From positions 34,255 through 98,254 of the forward strand of contig UQDR01000006.1 of the NCBI GenBank assembly GCA_900539835.1: a stretch of 64,000 bases of DNA, read 5' to 3'. A program made the translations under genes and the position numbers. Of this stretch, positions 1 to 10,316 are shown one piece after another. The notes below the pieces were generated by a model. That model was not told the origin of the DNA. It searched no databases and was given only the letters and a program-made list of their open reading frames with translations. Each line of letters starts with the position of its first letter. Positions within the stretch are counted from its first letter, which is position 1. Source of the stretch: an uncultured Ruminococcus sp. (GTDB taxonomy: Bacteria; Bacillota; Clostridia; Oscillospirales; Ruminococcaceae).

Positions 1-143
1 AATTCGTCCATATTTTAATGCTTCTATCAGATTAATCTTGACAAACAGCCCTCAAAGTGTTATTATACAGTTAAGGACGGAATGTCTGTGTACTATGTCT
101 TACATAATCTCTTTGGTCGGGGTGTTATGTAAGGCTCTTTTTC

Positions 144-425
144 TTATGCAACGGTAAATTTCTTATATTCGGTAGGCTTGCAGTATTGGCTGTATAGTTC
201 TGAATGTGTTTCTTTAAATGCTTTACTGTCAAATCTGCTTGACTTAACCGTCTTGTATCTGATTTTGAAGATGTCAACATTTATTTCGTCAACTTCTCTT
301 GTCAGCATATCAGCTTTTATTTCATTTTCGATAGCGGTTGCTTCTGCTTGCAAGGCTTCAATTTCAGCCCTCAGTTCTTTTAAGGTTCTGACCTTGCTTG
401 TGATTTCGTGTGTACTCATAATCAA
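144..425 (-). CDS. hypothetical coiled-coil protein of the integrated element
   Basis: 93-aa ORF with a heptad-rich N-terminal half. It lies in the block adjoining the tRNA 3' end. No recognisable domain. Confidence 0.35.
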   Translation of the reverse strand: MIMSTHEITSKVRTLKELRAEIEALQAEATAIENEIKADMLTREVDEINVDIFKIRYKTVKSSRFDSKAFKETHSELYSQYCKPTEYKKFTVA

Positions 426-597
426 GTACTCCTTTCAAATAATATTTTGTGTGATGAAGTTTTAAGTCTAAACCCTCATGTAAACCTCAGTTCTTTTCGG
501 TGGCTGAAACCTGTTGCTGTTAGGTAGCTTCGCCCCGTCCGTTTCGTGGTTGCTCCAGTAAGTAAGTTCGTTTCCCTTACTGTGATTATATTATAGC

Positions 598-680
598 ATA
601 TTGCATTCGATATATCAATAGGCAAAATAGACAATATTGCATTCGATATATTGTGCAATATGCATATTGCATTCGATATT
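598..680. repeat. three direct copies of ATATTGCATTCGATAT(A/T) (598-614, 634-650, 664-680) plus an 18-bp perfect palindrome TGCAATATGCATATTGCA (654-671)
   Basis: Read directly from the sequence. Located immediately upstream of the RBS (AGAAAGAGGTGG) of the 712 gene. Iteron/operator-like. Confidence 0.8.
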
Positions 681-711
681 AATATATAGTATAATAAAAA
701 CATAGAAAGAG

Positions 712-978
712 GTGGTACAAATGCCGACAATATCAATGTTTTATGGTATTTTGGTTAGAATGTTTTTCGATGATCACAATCCGCCACATATACATGCCAT
801 ATATGGCAACGAAAAAGCCTGCTATGACTTTAATGGTGAAGTAATAGAGGGTAAATTACCGCTTAAACAGCATAAACTTGTGGTTGCATGGATTGAGATA
901 CACAAAGATGAACTAATAGCTAACTGGAAGCTTGCACATGATAGCGAACCATTATTTAAAATTGAGCCTTTGAAATAA
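712..978 (+). CDS. DUF4160 family protein
   Basis: 88 aa. Motif FFDDHNPPHIHA is characteristic of DUF4160. It is paired with a downstream DUF2442 gene, as is usual. Confidence 0.7.
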   Translation: MVQMPTISMFYGILVRMFFDDHNPPHIHAIYGNEKACYDFNGEVIEGKLPLKQHKLVVAWIEIHKDELIANWKLAHDSEPLFKIEPLK

Positions 979-1013
979 GGCTCTTTCTTGCATTATTTAA
1001 AAGAGGTGATTTC

Positions 1014-1280
1014 ATGCATGAAGTTGTAAAAGTAATGCCTTTAGAAAACTACTGTATTCTTGCAGAATTTGAAAATGGTGAAAAACGTATCGGCGATATT
1101 AAACCGTTACTTGAAAGAGGTGGCGTATTTTCTTCTTTGAGAGATGTTAAAATTTTCAATAATGTGTATATCGAGTTTGGTGCGGTTACATGGAAAGATA
1201 ACAACGGAAATGAAGTTGATATTTGCCCTGATAAACTGTATATGGATAGCATACCCTATACCGAAAGGGGTGTTATGTAA
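1014..1280 (+). CDS. DUF2442 family protein
   Basis: 88 aa. Canonical partner of DUF4160. Good RBS (AAGAGGTG). Confidence 0.65.
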   Translation: MHEVVKVMPLENYCILAEFENGEKRIGDIKPLLERGGVFSSLRDVKIFNNVYIEFGAVTWKDNNGNEVDICPDKLYMDSIPYTERGVM

Positions 1281-1471
1281 TGCCAGCAAGCAAAGCACAG
1301 CAAAAAGCAGTAGCTAAGTATATGAAAGAAAATTACGATAATTTTCAAATAAGAATGCCTAAAGGTAAGAAAGGAAAAATAAAAGCCCATGCCGAAAGCA
1401 AGGGCGAAAGCTTAAATGGTTTTATTAATAAAGCTATTGATGAAAGAATGGAAAGGGAAAACGATAAATGA
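1280..1471 (+). CDS. ribbon-helix-helix (Arc/CopG-like) DNA-binding protein
   Basis: 63 aa with a basic N-terminus typical of RHH proteins. ATGA overlap with the upstream gene. Confidence 0.45.
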   Translation: MPASKAQQKAVAKYMKENYDNFQIRMPKGKKGKIKAHAESKGESLNGFINKAIDERMERENDK

Positions 1472-1758
1472 ACATAATAAAATGTAAATTTACAGCAGGA
1501 GAAGTTGAATATATTTATAATGCTTTAGACGAATATTATCAAAATGCTTTTAAATGTGCTGAGTTTGAAAAGTCAGCTCGAAAGGATCGTATTCAGAGAG
1601 TAATTGGCGATTTTGCTGAGCCATTCACAAATAGAAGTATTGAACTTAATGCCAAAAATTTATCTACTCTGCTAACCGCTTCAAGAGAGTACAGCAAAAA
1701 AGATTATCAAAAACAAAAGGTAATAAATGAATATTACAAAGCAAGTCAAGAAACTTAA
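1468..1758 (+). CDS. hypothetical protein
   Basis: 96-aa ORF translationally coupled to the RHH gene. Confidence 0.4.
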   Translation: MNIIKCKFTAGEVEYIYNALDEYYQNAFKCAEFEKSARKDRIQRVIGDFAEPFTNRSIELNAKNLSTLLTASREYSKKDYQKQKVINEYYKASQET

Positions 1759-1770
1759 TAACACAAAACA

Positions 1771-1807
1771 AGCAGACACGTTCAAAAGAATATGTCTGCT
1801 TTTTTAT
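1771..1807 (+). terminator. rho-independent terminator
   Basis: AGCAGACA..TGTCTGCT hairpin followed by TTTTTT. Confidence 0.7.
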
Positions 1808-1903
1808 TGGTTTTTTTGAAATAGTGGGACAAAAGTGGGACAAAAACTATTTTCAGAGCAAATAAAAACGCACCTTAACAATAGTTAAAGTGCGTAAATA
1901 CGT

Positions 1904-1980
<77 letters not shown>

Positions 1981-2143
1981 ATATGCTCAATTTCTGAGTG
2001 CTTATTAATTATATCACCTTTTCTTTCGATTGTCAATAGATTTTCGTAAAAAATTTGATATTTTTTAATTACTAATTTCGACAATGTTTTTTTGACATAA
2101 TGTACAAAAATTTTGTCTGATGTTACAAAATTTATTATTTGTC

Positions 2144-2172
2144 TTGACAAATAAAATATAGAGATATATAAT
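2144..2172 (+). promoter_or_regulatory. sigma-A-type promoter (TTGACA, 17 bp, TATAAT)
   Basis: TTGACA at 2144-2149 and TATAAT at 2167-2172. Confidence 0.55.
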
Positions 2173-2284
2173 ATAATTGTTTAACAAAGCAAAGCGTAAA
2201 AGCATAAAAGGTTTAAAGTGCTGAACTTTGCTTTTGATTTATAACGAGGGTAGCCTTCGTTAAATTTGTCGGGAGGATATTATA

Positions 2285-3850
2285 ATGATAATGTGGGTAG
2301 TGTTGGTGGCATATCTTGTCATCATGATCGGAATCGGCGTTTATTGCAGAAAGAAAACGTCAAATGTTAATGACTTTGTTCTTGGCGGAAGAAATATAGG
2401 CGGTTGGTTTACTGCTTTTGCTTATGGAACTTCCTATTTCTCTGCTGTTGTTTTTATAGGATATGCCGGACAGTTTGGATGGCTCTATGGTGTATCGGCA
2501 ACATGGATCGGTATAGGAAATGCATTGATTGGTTCATTGCTTGCATGGATCGTTCTGGGAAGAAGAACAAGAATTATGTCTAAGCATCTTCAGGCTTCAA
2601 CAATGCCTGAGTTCTTTGAGAAAAGATATAATTCTAAGGCTCTGAAAACTTTCTCAGCGCTGATTGTTTTCGTGTTTCTGATTCCATATACAGCTTCAGT
2701 TTATAACGGACTTTCAAGATTGTTCGAGTCTGCCTTCCATATTCCGTATAAGTGGTGTATAATCGGAATGGCTGTATTTACCGCTATTTATGTTATTGTG
2801 GGCGGATATAAGGCAACAGCTATTAACGATTTTGTTCAGGGACTGATCATGCTTGCCGGAATTTCAGCAGTTGTAATCTGTGCTATAAACAATAAAGGCG
2901 GTTTGTCATCAGCATTTGAACAGATGAAGCTTATTCCAAATGATAAGACAGGAGTTTCGGGAGATTACGGTTCGATATTCGGTCCTGACCCGATTAACCT
3001 TATCGGTGTTGTTATTCTGACATCTCTGGGTACATGGGGACTCCCTCAGATGGTACAGAAGTTCTATGCAATTAAAGATGATGCTGCAATTAAAAGAGGA
3101 AGTATAATTTCTACTATATTTGCATTGGTTGTCGCAGGAGGTTCTTATTTCCTCGGCGGATTCGGAAGATTGTTCTCTACGCTTTCAGGAGAAGAGGGAA
3201 AAAATGCAATATCTATTCTTAGCAACGGTAAGCCCGATTATGATTCCATAATTCCGTCAGTTTTAAATACTGCTTTGCCTGAAATCCTTATGGGTATTGT
3301 TATAGTGCTTGTGCTTTCAGCTTCAATGTCAACTCTCTCCTCGCTTGTATTGGCTTCAAGCTCAACATTGACAATCGACCTTGTGAAACCAAGAATGAAA
3401 AATGGCATGGACGAAAAGAAACAGGTTCTCTGGATTAGAATATTCATTGCATTGTTCCTTATTATTTCAGTTGTAATTGCTATGAATAAGAATGCATATA
3501 TCTCTACTCTCATGTCAATTTCATGGGGAGCACTTGCAGGAGCATTCCTTGCACCATTTATGTATGGTCTGTTCTCTAAAAAGATTACTAAAGCCGCAGT
3601 TTGGGCAAGCCTTATCTCAGGTGTTGGCATAACTGTTGTACATATGTGTCTGTTCAGCCTTGGCTGGTTCCCGGAGCTTGTTGAAACGGTTGCTTCAAAG
3701 GACTGGAAGCTAAGCGTTATGTCACCTCTTAATGCAGGAGCATTCGCTATGCTGTTCGGACTTGTTCTCGTTCCAATAGTAAGTCTCTTTACAAAGCAGA
3801 AAGAGGAAGACAAAAAGAATACCGAAGAGGTTTTCACTTGTTTTAATTAA
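2285..3850 (+). CDS. sodium:solute symporter family transporter
   Basis: 521 aa, multi-TM. The GGRNIGGW..AYGTSY signature region matches SSS family (PutP/PanF-like) proteins. Confidence 0.8.
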   Translation: MIMWVVLVAYLVIMIGIGVYCRKKTSNVNDFVLGGRNIGGWFTAFAYGTSYFSAVVFIGYAGQFGWLYGVSATWIGIGNALIGSLLAWIVLGRRTRIMSKHLQASTMPEFFEKRYNSKALKTFSALIVFVFLIPYTASVYNGLSRLFESAFHIPYKWCIIGMAVFTAIYVIVGGYKATAINDFVQGLIMLAGISAVVICAINNKGGLSSAFEQMKLIPNDKTGVSGDYGSIFGPDPINLIGVVILTSLGTWGLPQMVQKFYAIKDDAAIKRGSIISTIFALVVAGGSYFLGGFGRLFSTLSGEEGKNAISILSNGKPDYDSIIPSVLNTALPEILMGIVIVLVLSASMSTLSSLVLASSSTLTIDLVKPRMKNGMDEKKQVLWIRIFIALFLIISVVIAMNKNAYISTLMSISWGALAGAFLAPFMYGLFSKKITKAAVWASLISGVGITVVHMCLFSLGWFPELVETVASKDWKLSVMSPLNAGAFAMLFGLVLVPIVSLFTKQKEEDKKNTEEVFTCFN

Positions 3851-3861
3851 GTATAAGCTAA

Positions 3862-3896
3862 CCGCACGTTTTGATAAGAAGCGTGCGGTTTTTGTG
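3862..3896 (+). terminator. rho-independent terminator
   Basis: AACCGCACG..CGTGCGGTT hairpin followed by TTTTGT. Confidence 0.7.
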
Positions 3897-3997
3897 CATT
3901 TTAACTTAGAAAATTTGCAGGTTGTAGGATTATTGTTGACAGAAATTTGTGCACAGATTATAATAAAATTAATGATGCATAATGGAGATTAAAGCAT

Positions 3998-4435
3998 ATG
4001 ATTTTTAAGCTTGTAAAGGATGAATCATGTCAGGAAGCAGAAGTTACACTGAAATGTGCCGTGATTGATGAACACATACGTCAGCTTGCTGAGAATATAA
4101 AGAACCTTGATTTTACTATTAAGTGCAAAGATAAAAATGGGTATATAAATCTTAATTTAAATGATATATATTATTTTGAATCTGTTGATGATAAAACTTT
4201 TGTTTATCTTAAAGATAAGATATATGAGTGTAGTTATAAGCTGTATGAAATTGAGCAATATTGTGCCGTTACAGGTCTTGTAAGAATAAGCAGAAGCACA
4301 GTCGTAAACATATACAAAATACGTAGTGTTAAATCTTCTTTTAACGGAAGATTTTCAGCAAAGCTTATAAACGACGAGGTATTGATTATAAACAGGCACT
4401 ATGTTTCGGATTTTAAAAAGAAATTCGGTATCTGA
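3998..4435 (+). CDS. LytTR family DNA-binding protein
   Basis: 145 aa. The C-terminal LytTR fold pattern (YFES..TFVY..LYE.E..FVRISRS..VN) is present. Confidence 0.75.
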   Translation: MIFKLVKDESCQEAEVTLKCAVIDEHIRQLAENIKNLDFTIKCKDKNGYINLNLNDIYYFESVDDKTFVYLKDKIYECSYKLYEIEQYCAVTGLVRISRSTVVNIYKIRSVKSSFNGRFSAKLINDEVLIINRHYVSDFKKKFGI

Positions 4436-4447
4436 TATATCTGAGAG

Positions 4448-4876
4448 GTGAAAGTTTTGAAAACTTTTAAATATTACTTTACTATATCATGCATATCCTT
4501 TACTTTTATAATATTGATTAATGTATTATTGAATTTGGATTTATTAAATGCAGAGTTTAGCCTTAGAGAACTTGCACAGCTTTTCATATGTACATCATTA
4601 ATTGCAATATTAATGTATTTTACTGATAAGCTTAATATTAAAACACGCCCTGTATCTATGCTTGTGGATTTATTAGATATTTGTGCAGTAATGTATATAG
4701 TCGGTATGGGACTGTTTAAAATGTTTGCTCCAAGTCTGCAAAACGTGATAATTAATCTTGTGGTAATTGTTTCTGTCTATTTTCTCACCTTTGCGGTAAT
4801 GGTGTTTGATGACAGAAATGCTGTAAGATTTATAAATAAAAAGCTTGAAAAAATGAACGGAGATGAAATTAAATGA
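4448..4876 (+). CDS. DUF3021-like membrane protein
   Basis: 142 aa with 4 predicted TM segments. Canonical partner of LytTR regulators upstream of ABC-2 exporters. Confidence 0.55.
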   Translation: MKVLKTFKYYFTISCISFTFIILINVLLNLDLLNAEFSLRELAQLFICTSLIAILMYFTDKLNIKTRPVSMLVDLLDICAVMYIVGMGLFKMFAPSLQNVIINLVVIVSVYFLTFAVMVFDDRNAVRFINKKLEKMNGDEIK

Positions 4877-5787
4877 GCCATATTATCCAAGTTAAAAATC
4901 TGAAGAAGTCTTATGGTGCAGTAGAGGCAGTTAAGGGAATAGATTTTTATGTGGAAAAGGGGCAGCTTTTTGCTTTTCTCGGACCAAATGGAGCTGGAAA
5001 ATCTACAACTATTGATATGCTTTGTACATTTTTGAAGCCTGACAGCGGAGAGGTGGTTGTGGACGGCTATGTACTTGGCAAAGACGATAATGGCATTCGT
5101 AATTCTATCGGAGCTGTCTTTCAGGACGGATTGTTAGATAAATTGCTTACTGTAGAGGAAAATCTCAAAATGAGAGGAAGCCTTTACGGTAAAAAAGGTG
5201 CTGAGCTTAAAGAAGCTGTGGATAAAGCTTGTGAGGCAACAGGCATAACTAATATTATGAAACGTCAATATGGTAAATTGTCAGGAGGTCAGCGCAGACG
5301 CTGTGATATTGCAAGAGCGTTGATTAATTCTCCTAAAATTCTTTTCCTTGACGAACCTACAACGGGACTTGATCCTCAAACCAGAAAAAATGTTTGGGAA
5401 ACAATAACACAGCTTCAGAAAAAACTTAATATGACTATTTTTCTTACAACGCACTATATGGAAGAAGCCGCAAACGCAGACTATGTTATCATAATTGATG
5501 ACGGAAAGATTTCTGCACAGGGAACTCCTTTGCAGCTAAAAGAAAAGTATACATCAGATAAAGCGATAATGGAATGCAATCAAGTGGAATCTGTAGAAAA
5601 GATACTCATTGAAAAGAATGCTGATTATAGCCGTCAGGGAAGTGTTATAACTGTAAAATTTGCATACTCAAAGGATGCCATAGATATTCTCTCTCTTTGC
5701 CGTGACTATATAAACAGCTTTGGGGTTCTAAGCGGAACAATGGATGATGTTTTTATTGAAGTAACAGGAAAGGAGATAAGAGAATGA
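4873..5787 (+). CDS. ABC transporter ATP-binding protein
   Basis: Walker A GPNGAGKST, signature LSGGQRRR and Walker B ILFLDEPT. Confidence 0.9.
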   Translation: MSHIIQVKNLKKSYGAVEAVKGIDFYVEKGQLFAFLGPNGAGKSTTIDMLCTFLKPDSGEVVVDGYVLGKDDNGIRNSIGAVFQDGLLDKLLTVEENLKMRGSLYGKKGAELKEAVDKACEATGITNIMKRQYGKLSGGQRRRCDIARALINSPKILFLDEPTTGLDPQTRKNVWETITQLQKKLNMTIFLTTHYMEEAANADYVIIIDDGKISAQGTPLQLKEKYTSDKAIMECNQVESVEKILIEKNADYSRQGSVITVKFAYSKDAIDILSLCRDYINSFGVLSGTMDDVFIEVTGKEIRE

Positions 5788-6638
5788 TAAATTTAGCAAA
5801 ACGAAATCTGAAAATGTTTTTCAGAGATAAAACAGGTGTTTTCTTTTCTCTTTTGGGAGTACTTATTGTAATTGCACTGTTTGCGTTTTTTCTGGGTGAT
5901 ACATATCAAGAATCCATGCAGGACATCAAAGATGCAGATCAGCTTATAAACAGCTGGATAGTAGCAGGAATTTTAGCAATAACTTCAGTAACCACAGCAA
6001 TGGGAGCATTCGGCTCAATGGTTGACGACAAAGCAAAAAATATAACAAAGGATTTTTATTCATCACCGATTAAGAGAAAAAGCCTTGTGATGGGATATAT
6101 CACAAGTTCATTTCTTATTGGTTTGATTATGACACTTATTGCTTTTATTCTTGGCGAGTTGTATATCGTGATGAAAGGCGGAGAGCTGCTTGCACCGTTA
6201 GCTATAATAAAGTCGCTTGTCATAATAACGCTGACATCGCTTTCAAATACAGCTATGGTCTTGTTTATAGTATCGTTCCTAAGCAGCAGTACAGCATATT
6301 CAACTGCAAGCACAGTTGCGGGAACAATGATAGGCTTTGTGACCGGAATATATGTGCCGATAGGAAATTTTGCAGATTCAATTCAGTATTTTATAAAATT
6401 ATTCCCTACATCTCATGGAGCAGCACTTTTAAGGCAAACCATTATGGAGGTACCCATGTCAAATTCGTTTGACAGCGTACCCGACAAATATGTGGAAGAG
6501 TTTAAGGAAGTTCTCGGGGTTACATTTAAATTTGGTGATAGTGAAGTGAGCCAGCTTATCAGTGTGCTGATATTGGTTGCATCAATAGTTCTGTTTTCCT
6601 TACTTTCTGTTGTAAGTCTTTCAAGAAAGAAAAAATAA
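5784..6638 (+). CDS. ABC-2 family transporter permease
   Basis: 284 aa, 6 TM segments, translationally coupled to the ATPase. Confidence 0.75.
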   Translation: MINLAKRNLKMFFRDKTGVFFSLLGVLIVIALFAFFLGDTYQESMQDIKDADQLINSWIVAGILAITSVTTAMGAFGSMVDDKAKNITKDFYSSPIKRKSLVMGYITSSFLIGLIMTLIAFILGELYIVMKGGELLAPLAIIKSLVIITLTSLSNTAMVLFIVSFLSSSTAYSTASTVAGTMIGFVTGIYVPIGNFADSIQYFIKLFPTSHGAALLRQTIMEVPMSNSFDSVPDKYVEEFKEVLGVTFKFGDSEVSQLISVLILVASIVLFSLLSVVSLSRKKK

Positions 6639-6707
6639 ATATAACTTAGGCAAGTCATTATTTTAAAACGCCTTTCAGATTTTATTTTCTGAAAGACGTT
6701 TTTGCAG

Positions 6708-7355
6708 TCATATATGAAAGCATTTTTGTATATCTTTATTTTTTCCCAGAACGAGAAGAGTTCCATCATCAGAAAGAATGGTATCAGTAGAAACATTTAA
6801 ATTAAGCTGACCATTAAATTTAATTCCTAAAATATTAATATTATGCTTTTTTCTTATGTCAAGATTTCCGACAGTTTTTCCTATCCAGTCCTTTGGAATG
6901 GATATCTCAAAAATTGAGTAACTCTCGTTTAGTTCAATATAATCTGAAATATGGTCTGAAGTATATCGTATTGCCGTCCAGGAAGCAAGCTGTTTTTCCG
7001 GATAAATTATTTCGTCAGCGCCGTTGCGGAGAAGAAATTTTTCATGAACATCGCTTGACGCACGAGATACAACTAATTCTGCTCCCAGCTCTTTTAATAA
7101 AGAGGTAGTTTCAAGGGAACTCTGAAAGTTATCGCCTATGGTAACAATACAAACATCAAAATTGCGAACTCCCAAGGTGCTCATAAATTCCTCGTTGGTA
7201 CAGTCGCCGATCTGTGCATCGGTAACATACGGCAAAGCTGAATTTACTCTTTCTTCACATTTGTCTATTGCCAAGACTTCATGTTTAAATTCCTGAAGTT
7301 TTTTTGCAATATGCATTCCGAAGCGGCCAAGCCCTATTAATAGAATGGTTTTCAT
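6708..7355 (-). CDS. ktrA: K+ uptake system NAD-binding subunit KtrA/TrkA
   Basis: GLGRFG Rossmann motif, TrkA-N plus TrkA-C organisation, 215 aa. Confidence 0.8.
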   Translation of the reverse strand: MKTILLIGLGRFGMHIAKKLQEFKHEVLAIDKCEERVNSALPYVTDAQIGDCTNEEFMSTLGVRNFDVCIVTIGDNFQSSLETTSLLKELGAELVVSRASSDVHEKFLLRNGADEIIYPEKQLASWTAIRYTSDHISDYIELNESYSIFEISIPKDWIGKTVGNLDIRKKHNINILGIKFNGQLNLNVSTDTILSDDGTLLVLGKNKDIQKCFHI

Positions 7356-7368
7356 GTTTGATACTCCT

Positions 7369-8733
7369 TTATCCTACTGTGATTTTATCAAGAGGCAATT
7401 TGGATATGTTTGAATTAAGCCGTGAGCTTACTGCAAATATTACTGTTAGCCCTCCCACACGGCCAAGATACATAAGAATGATAAGCACAATTTTAGAAAG
7501 GCCGCATAAAGTTGAGGTGACGCCTAAAGATAATCCTACGGTTCCGACAGCAGATGCGGCTTCAAAAAAGGCTGTCTGAATAGGAAGTCCGTCAACTGTG
7601 CTTATAAAAATTCCTCCAAACAGAAAAAGAATAATATACATCATAAGAATCGTTGCCGCATTTCTAATGGTTTCCGGAGGAAAACGTCTTCCGAAGCATT
7701 GAGCGCTTTCACGACACCTGAATACAGCAATCATTGTCACAATCAAAACCGCAATAGTTGTTGTCTTCATGCCTCCGGCAGTTGAACCGGGTGAGCCTCC
7801 GATAAGCATGAGTATTACTATAATTGCCTGTCCAGCCTGTGAAAATTCGTTCAAATCTACAGTGTTAAAGCCTGCGGTTCTCGGAGTGACCGCCTGAAAT
7901 AGTGAGCATAAAATTTTGTCACCCACAGAAAGGTGCTCCCACTTCTCATTTGAAAACTCACAGAAGAAAAAGTATATCGCAGGAAGCAAAATTAAAATAG
8001 CTGTAACTGTTATGATAATCTTGCTTTGCATGCGGTATTTTTTTATATGAAATTTGTTTACTTTAATGTCGTTCCATGTTAGAAAGCCTAAACCGCCTAT
8101 AATTATAAGAAAGATTATCGCCAAATTAACTATTGGATTTGATTGGTATGTCGTTAAAGATGATAGCGGTTCCTTTACGCCCATTAGGTCAAATCCTGCG
8201 TTGCAGAATGCTGAAACAGAGTGGAAAATTGAATACCACAATCCCTTGCCTATTCCGAAATCACGGCAAAAAACAGGAGCCATAACAGCCGCACCGATTG
8301 CCTCAATTATAAGAGTACCTTTTAAAATGAAACCTGTCAGTCTGACAATACCGCCGACCTGCGGAGCAGATATTGCTTCCTGCATTGTACTTCGCTGAAC
8401 AAGGCCTATTTTCTTTCCTGAAAATATTGTGATTGAAATTGCCACAGTAATAACGCCGATTCCGCCGATTTGAATAAGCGCCATTATAACAAACTGTCCG
8501 AATTCGCTCCAATAAGTGGCAGTATCGTGAACAATCAATCCCGTAACGCAAACGGCTGAAGTAGCTGTGAATAAAGCGTCCATAAAAGATGAACTTCCGG
8601 ATTCATTTCTTGAAACTGGAAGCATAAGAATAAAAGAGCCGATTAATATTACAGCCATAAATCCAAATATTATTAATTGAAAAGAAGAAAGCTTTTTGAA
8701 TTTACCGAAAAGTTCCATAGATTCACTCCGCAA
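7369..8733 (-). CDS. ktrB: K+ transporter membrane subunit KtrB/TrkH
   Basis: 454 aa polytopic protein with repeated MPM/selectivity-like GxGxxG segments, adjacent to ktrA. Confidence 0.8.
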   Translation of the reverse strand: MRSESMELFGKFKKLSSFQLIIFGFMAVILIGSFILMLPVSRNESGSSSFMDALFTATSAVCVTGLIVHDTATYWSEFGQFVIMALIQIGGIGVITVAISITIFSGKKIGLVQRSTMQEAISAPQVGGIVRLTGFILKGTLIIEAIGAAVMAPVFCRDFGIGKGLWYSIFHSVSAFCNAGFDLMGVKEPLSSLTTYQSNPIVNLAIIFLIIIGGLGFLTWNDIKVNKFHIKKYRMQSKIIITVTAILILLPAIYFFFCEFSNEKWEHLSVGDKILCSLFQAVTPRTAGFNTVDLNEFSQAGQAIIVILMLIGGSPGSTAGGMKTTTIAVLIVTMIAVFRCRESAQCFGRRFPPETIRNAATILMMYIILFLFGGIFISTVDGLPIQTAFFEAASAVGTVGLSLGVTSTLCGLSKIVLIILMYLGRVGGLTVIFAVSSRLNSNISKLPLDKITVG

Positions 8734-8889
8734 TCAGATATATTAACAAGTTAACATAAATTAAAATCCGGCAATTTTTAAACTGCTTAAAATAATATTA
8801 TTATCACATTTTATGAGATTATATTTCTTATTGTGACATTATAAGAGAAAAAAACAAAAATAGCTAAACTTCAATAATGCAATAGTAAG

Positions 8890-8966
8890 TGGCGTCCCCG
8901 GCGGGATTCGAACCCACGGCCTTTCGCTTAGGAGGCGAACGCTCTATCCTGCTGAGCTACGGAGAC
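8890..8966 (-). tRNA. tRNA-Arg (anticodon CCT)
   Basis: The reverse complement reads GTCTCCGTAGCTCAGCAGGATAGAGCG TTCGC CTCCTAA GCGAA AGGCCGTGGGTTCGAATCCCGCCGGGGACGCCA. The anticodon loop is CTCCTAA. Confidence 0.85.
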
Positions 8967-9122
8967 ATTATGTTAATTATATCAAAATTAATTTATAAAA
9001 TCAAGGGCATAGAAATATTTTTTTATCGATTAAGGTTTCAGAATCAGTTTTTTAGCGGAAGTTGACGAAAATATTCAAAAGTATTATAATATTAGAAAAA
9101 GAAATGAAAGGTTAGTGGTTTA

Positions 9123-10316
9123 ATGACCTGCTATAGAAAATTAATAAGACAGGCCAAAAGTCTTGTTATATTCAGAAGCCTGCATGAAAATAAAGTCTTT
9201 GAAAGCTTTCTTGATACGCTTTGTTCTATAGAAAAAGAAAATACTGACGAAGCAATCGAGAAATACTGTGAGTTTGCGTCACAGCTTTATATCTATTCGG
9301 ATAATCTCACTGAGTATTTTCTTAAAATAATCCTTGAAAATGTGAATCTTTATATGCTGAAAAAAGGCGAGGGAAAGGAAACAGGATTTCTTCTTGACCA
9401 GTGTCTTGCAAATGAGCTTGCCGTTGTAGAATCTTTAGCTGAAATCCCTGCAAAAGAGCTTATATCAAAAATAGACTATGACGAATTCCTCCCTGAATAT
9501 AAAACGGAAAACCTTGATTTTTCTCAGATTTATGCCGATAGGATACACCATATAAAACAGTATGGCTATGGAATCTATTCAAAATATCATGTCTTTGTAA
9601 TAAAAGACGGAAAAATCGTTCCTGTGGAATTTCCTGATGATATTTCACTGGACAGGCTTTCAGGCTATGAGCGTGAACGTCAGGAGGTAATTGACAATAC
9701 CCTTGCACTGCTGAAAGGCAAGCCTGCAAATAATGTATTGCTTTACGGCGACTGCGGAACAGGAAAGTCCTCAACAGTCAAAGCAATTGCAAATGAATAT
9801 TACACACAGGGTTTAAGACTTATTGAGCTCAAGAAAAAACAGCTTCATGAGATTCCTGCAATAGTTGAAACTATCAGCAAAAATCCTCTCAAGTTTATAA
9901 TCTTTATTGATGACTTGTCCTTTACTGAAGATGACGATGATTTTGCCGCGCTTAAAGCTATTCTTGAGGGAAGCGTTTCATCAACTGCGTCCAATCTTGC
10001 AATATATGCAACGTCCAACCGCCGTCACCTTGTCAGGGAAACTTTCTCTGCAAGAGAGGGAGATGAAATACACTTTAAGGATACTATGCAGGAGCTTTTG
10101 TCCCTGTCCGACAGATTCGGTCTAACTGTCACTTTTCAAAAGCCTGATAAAAAGCTTTATCTGTCTGTTGTCGAGGGACTTGCAAAACAATACGGCATAA
10201 AAATGCCGATAGACGAGGTAAAAGCAAAAGCCGAAGCGTTCGCCCTCAGCCGTGCAGGCAGATCGCCGAGAGTTGCAAAACAGTTTATTGAATATCTGAA
10301 AGGCAGTGAAGATTAA
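9123..10316 (+). CDS. DUF815 family AAA-type ATPase
   Basis: Walker A LYGDCGTGKSS, 397 aa. Confidence 0.65.
   Translation: MTCYRKLIRQAKSLVIFRSLHENKVFESFLDTLCSIEKENTDEAIEKYCEFASQLYIYSDNLTEYFLKIILENVNLYMLKKGEGKETGFLLDQCLANELAVVESLAEIPAKELISKIDYDEFLPEYKTENLDFSQIYADRIHHIKQYGYGIYSKYHVFVIKDGKIVPVEFPDDISLDRLSGYERERQEVIDNTLALLKGKPANNVLLYGDCGTGKSSTVKAIANEYYTQGLRLIELKKKQLHEIPAIVETISKNPLKFIIFIDDLSFTEDDDDFAALKAILEGSVSSTASNLAIYATSNRRHLVRETFSAREGDEIHFKDTMQELLSLSDRFGLTVTFQKPDKKLYLSVVEGLAKQYGIKMPIDEVKAKAEAFALSRAGRSPRVAKQFIEYLKGSED

Noticed and set aside
598-680. Possible CRISPR array
   Set aside because: There are only three 16-17 bp repeats with irregular 13-20 bp gaps and no cas genes. It is better explained as operator/iteron sites.
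476-736. 86-aa minus-strand ORF
   Set aside because: It lies entirely over the iteron/palindrome promoter region of the DUF4160 gene and has no RBS. It is an artefact of repeat sequence.
3238-3837. 199-aa antisense ORF inside the symporter gene
   Set aside because: It is fully embedded opposite a well-supported transporter CDS. It is a typical shadow ORF.
8054-8551. Two ORFs (114 aa and 82 aa) inside ktrB
   Set aside because: They are antisense/overlapping shadow ORFs within a strongly supported membrane-protein gene.
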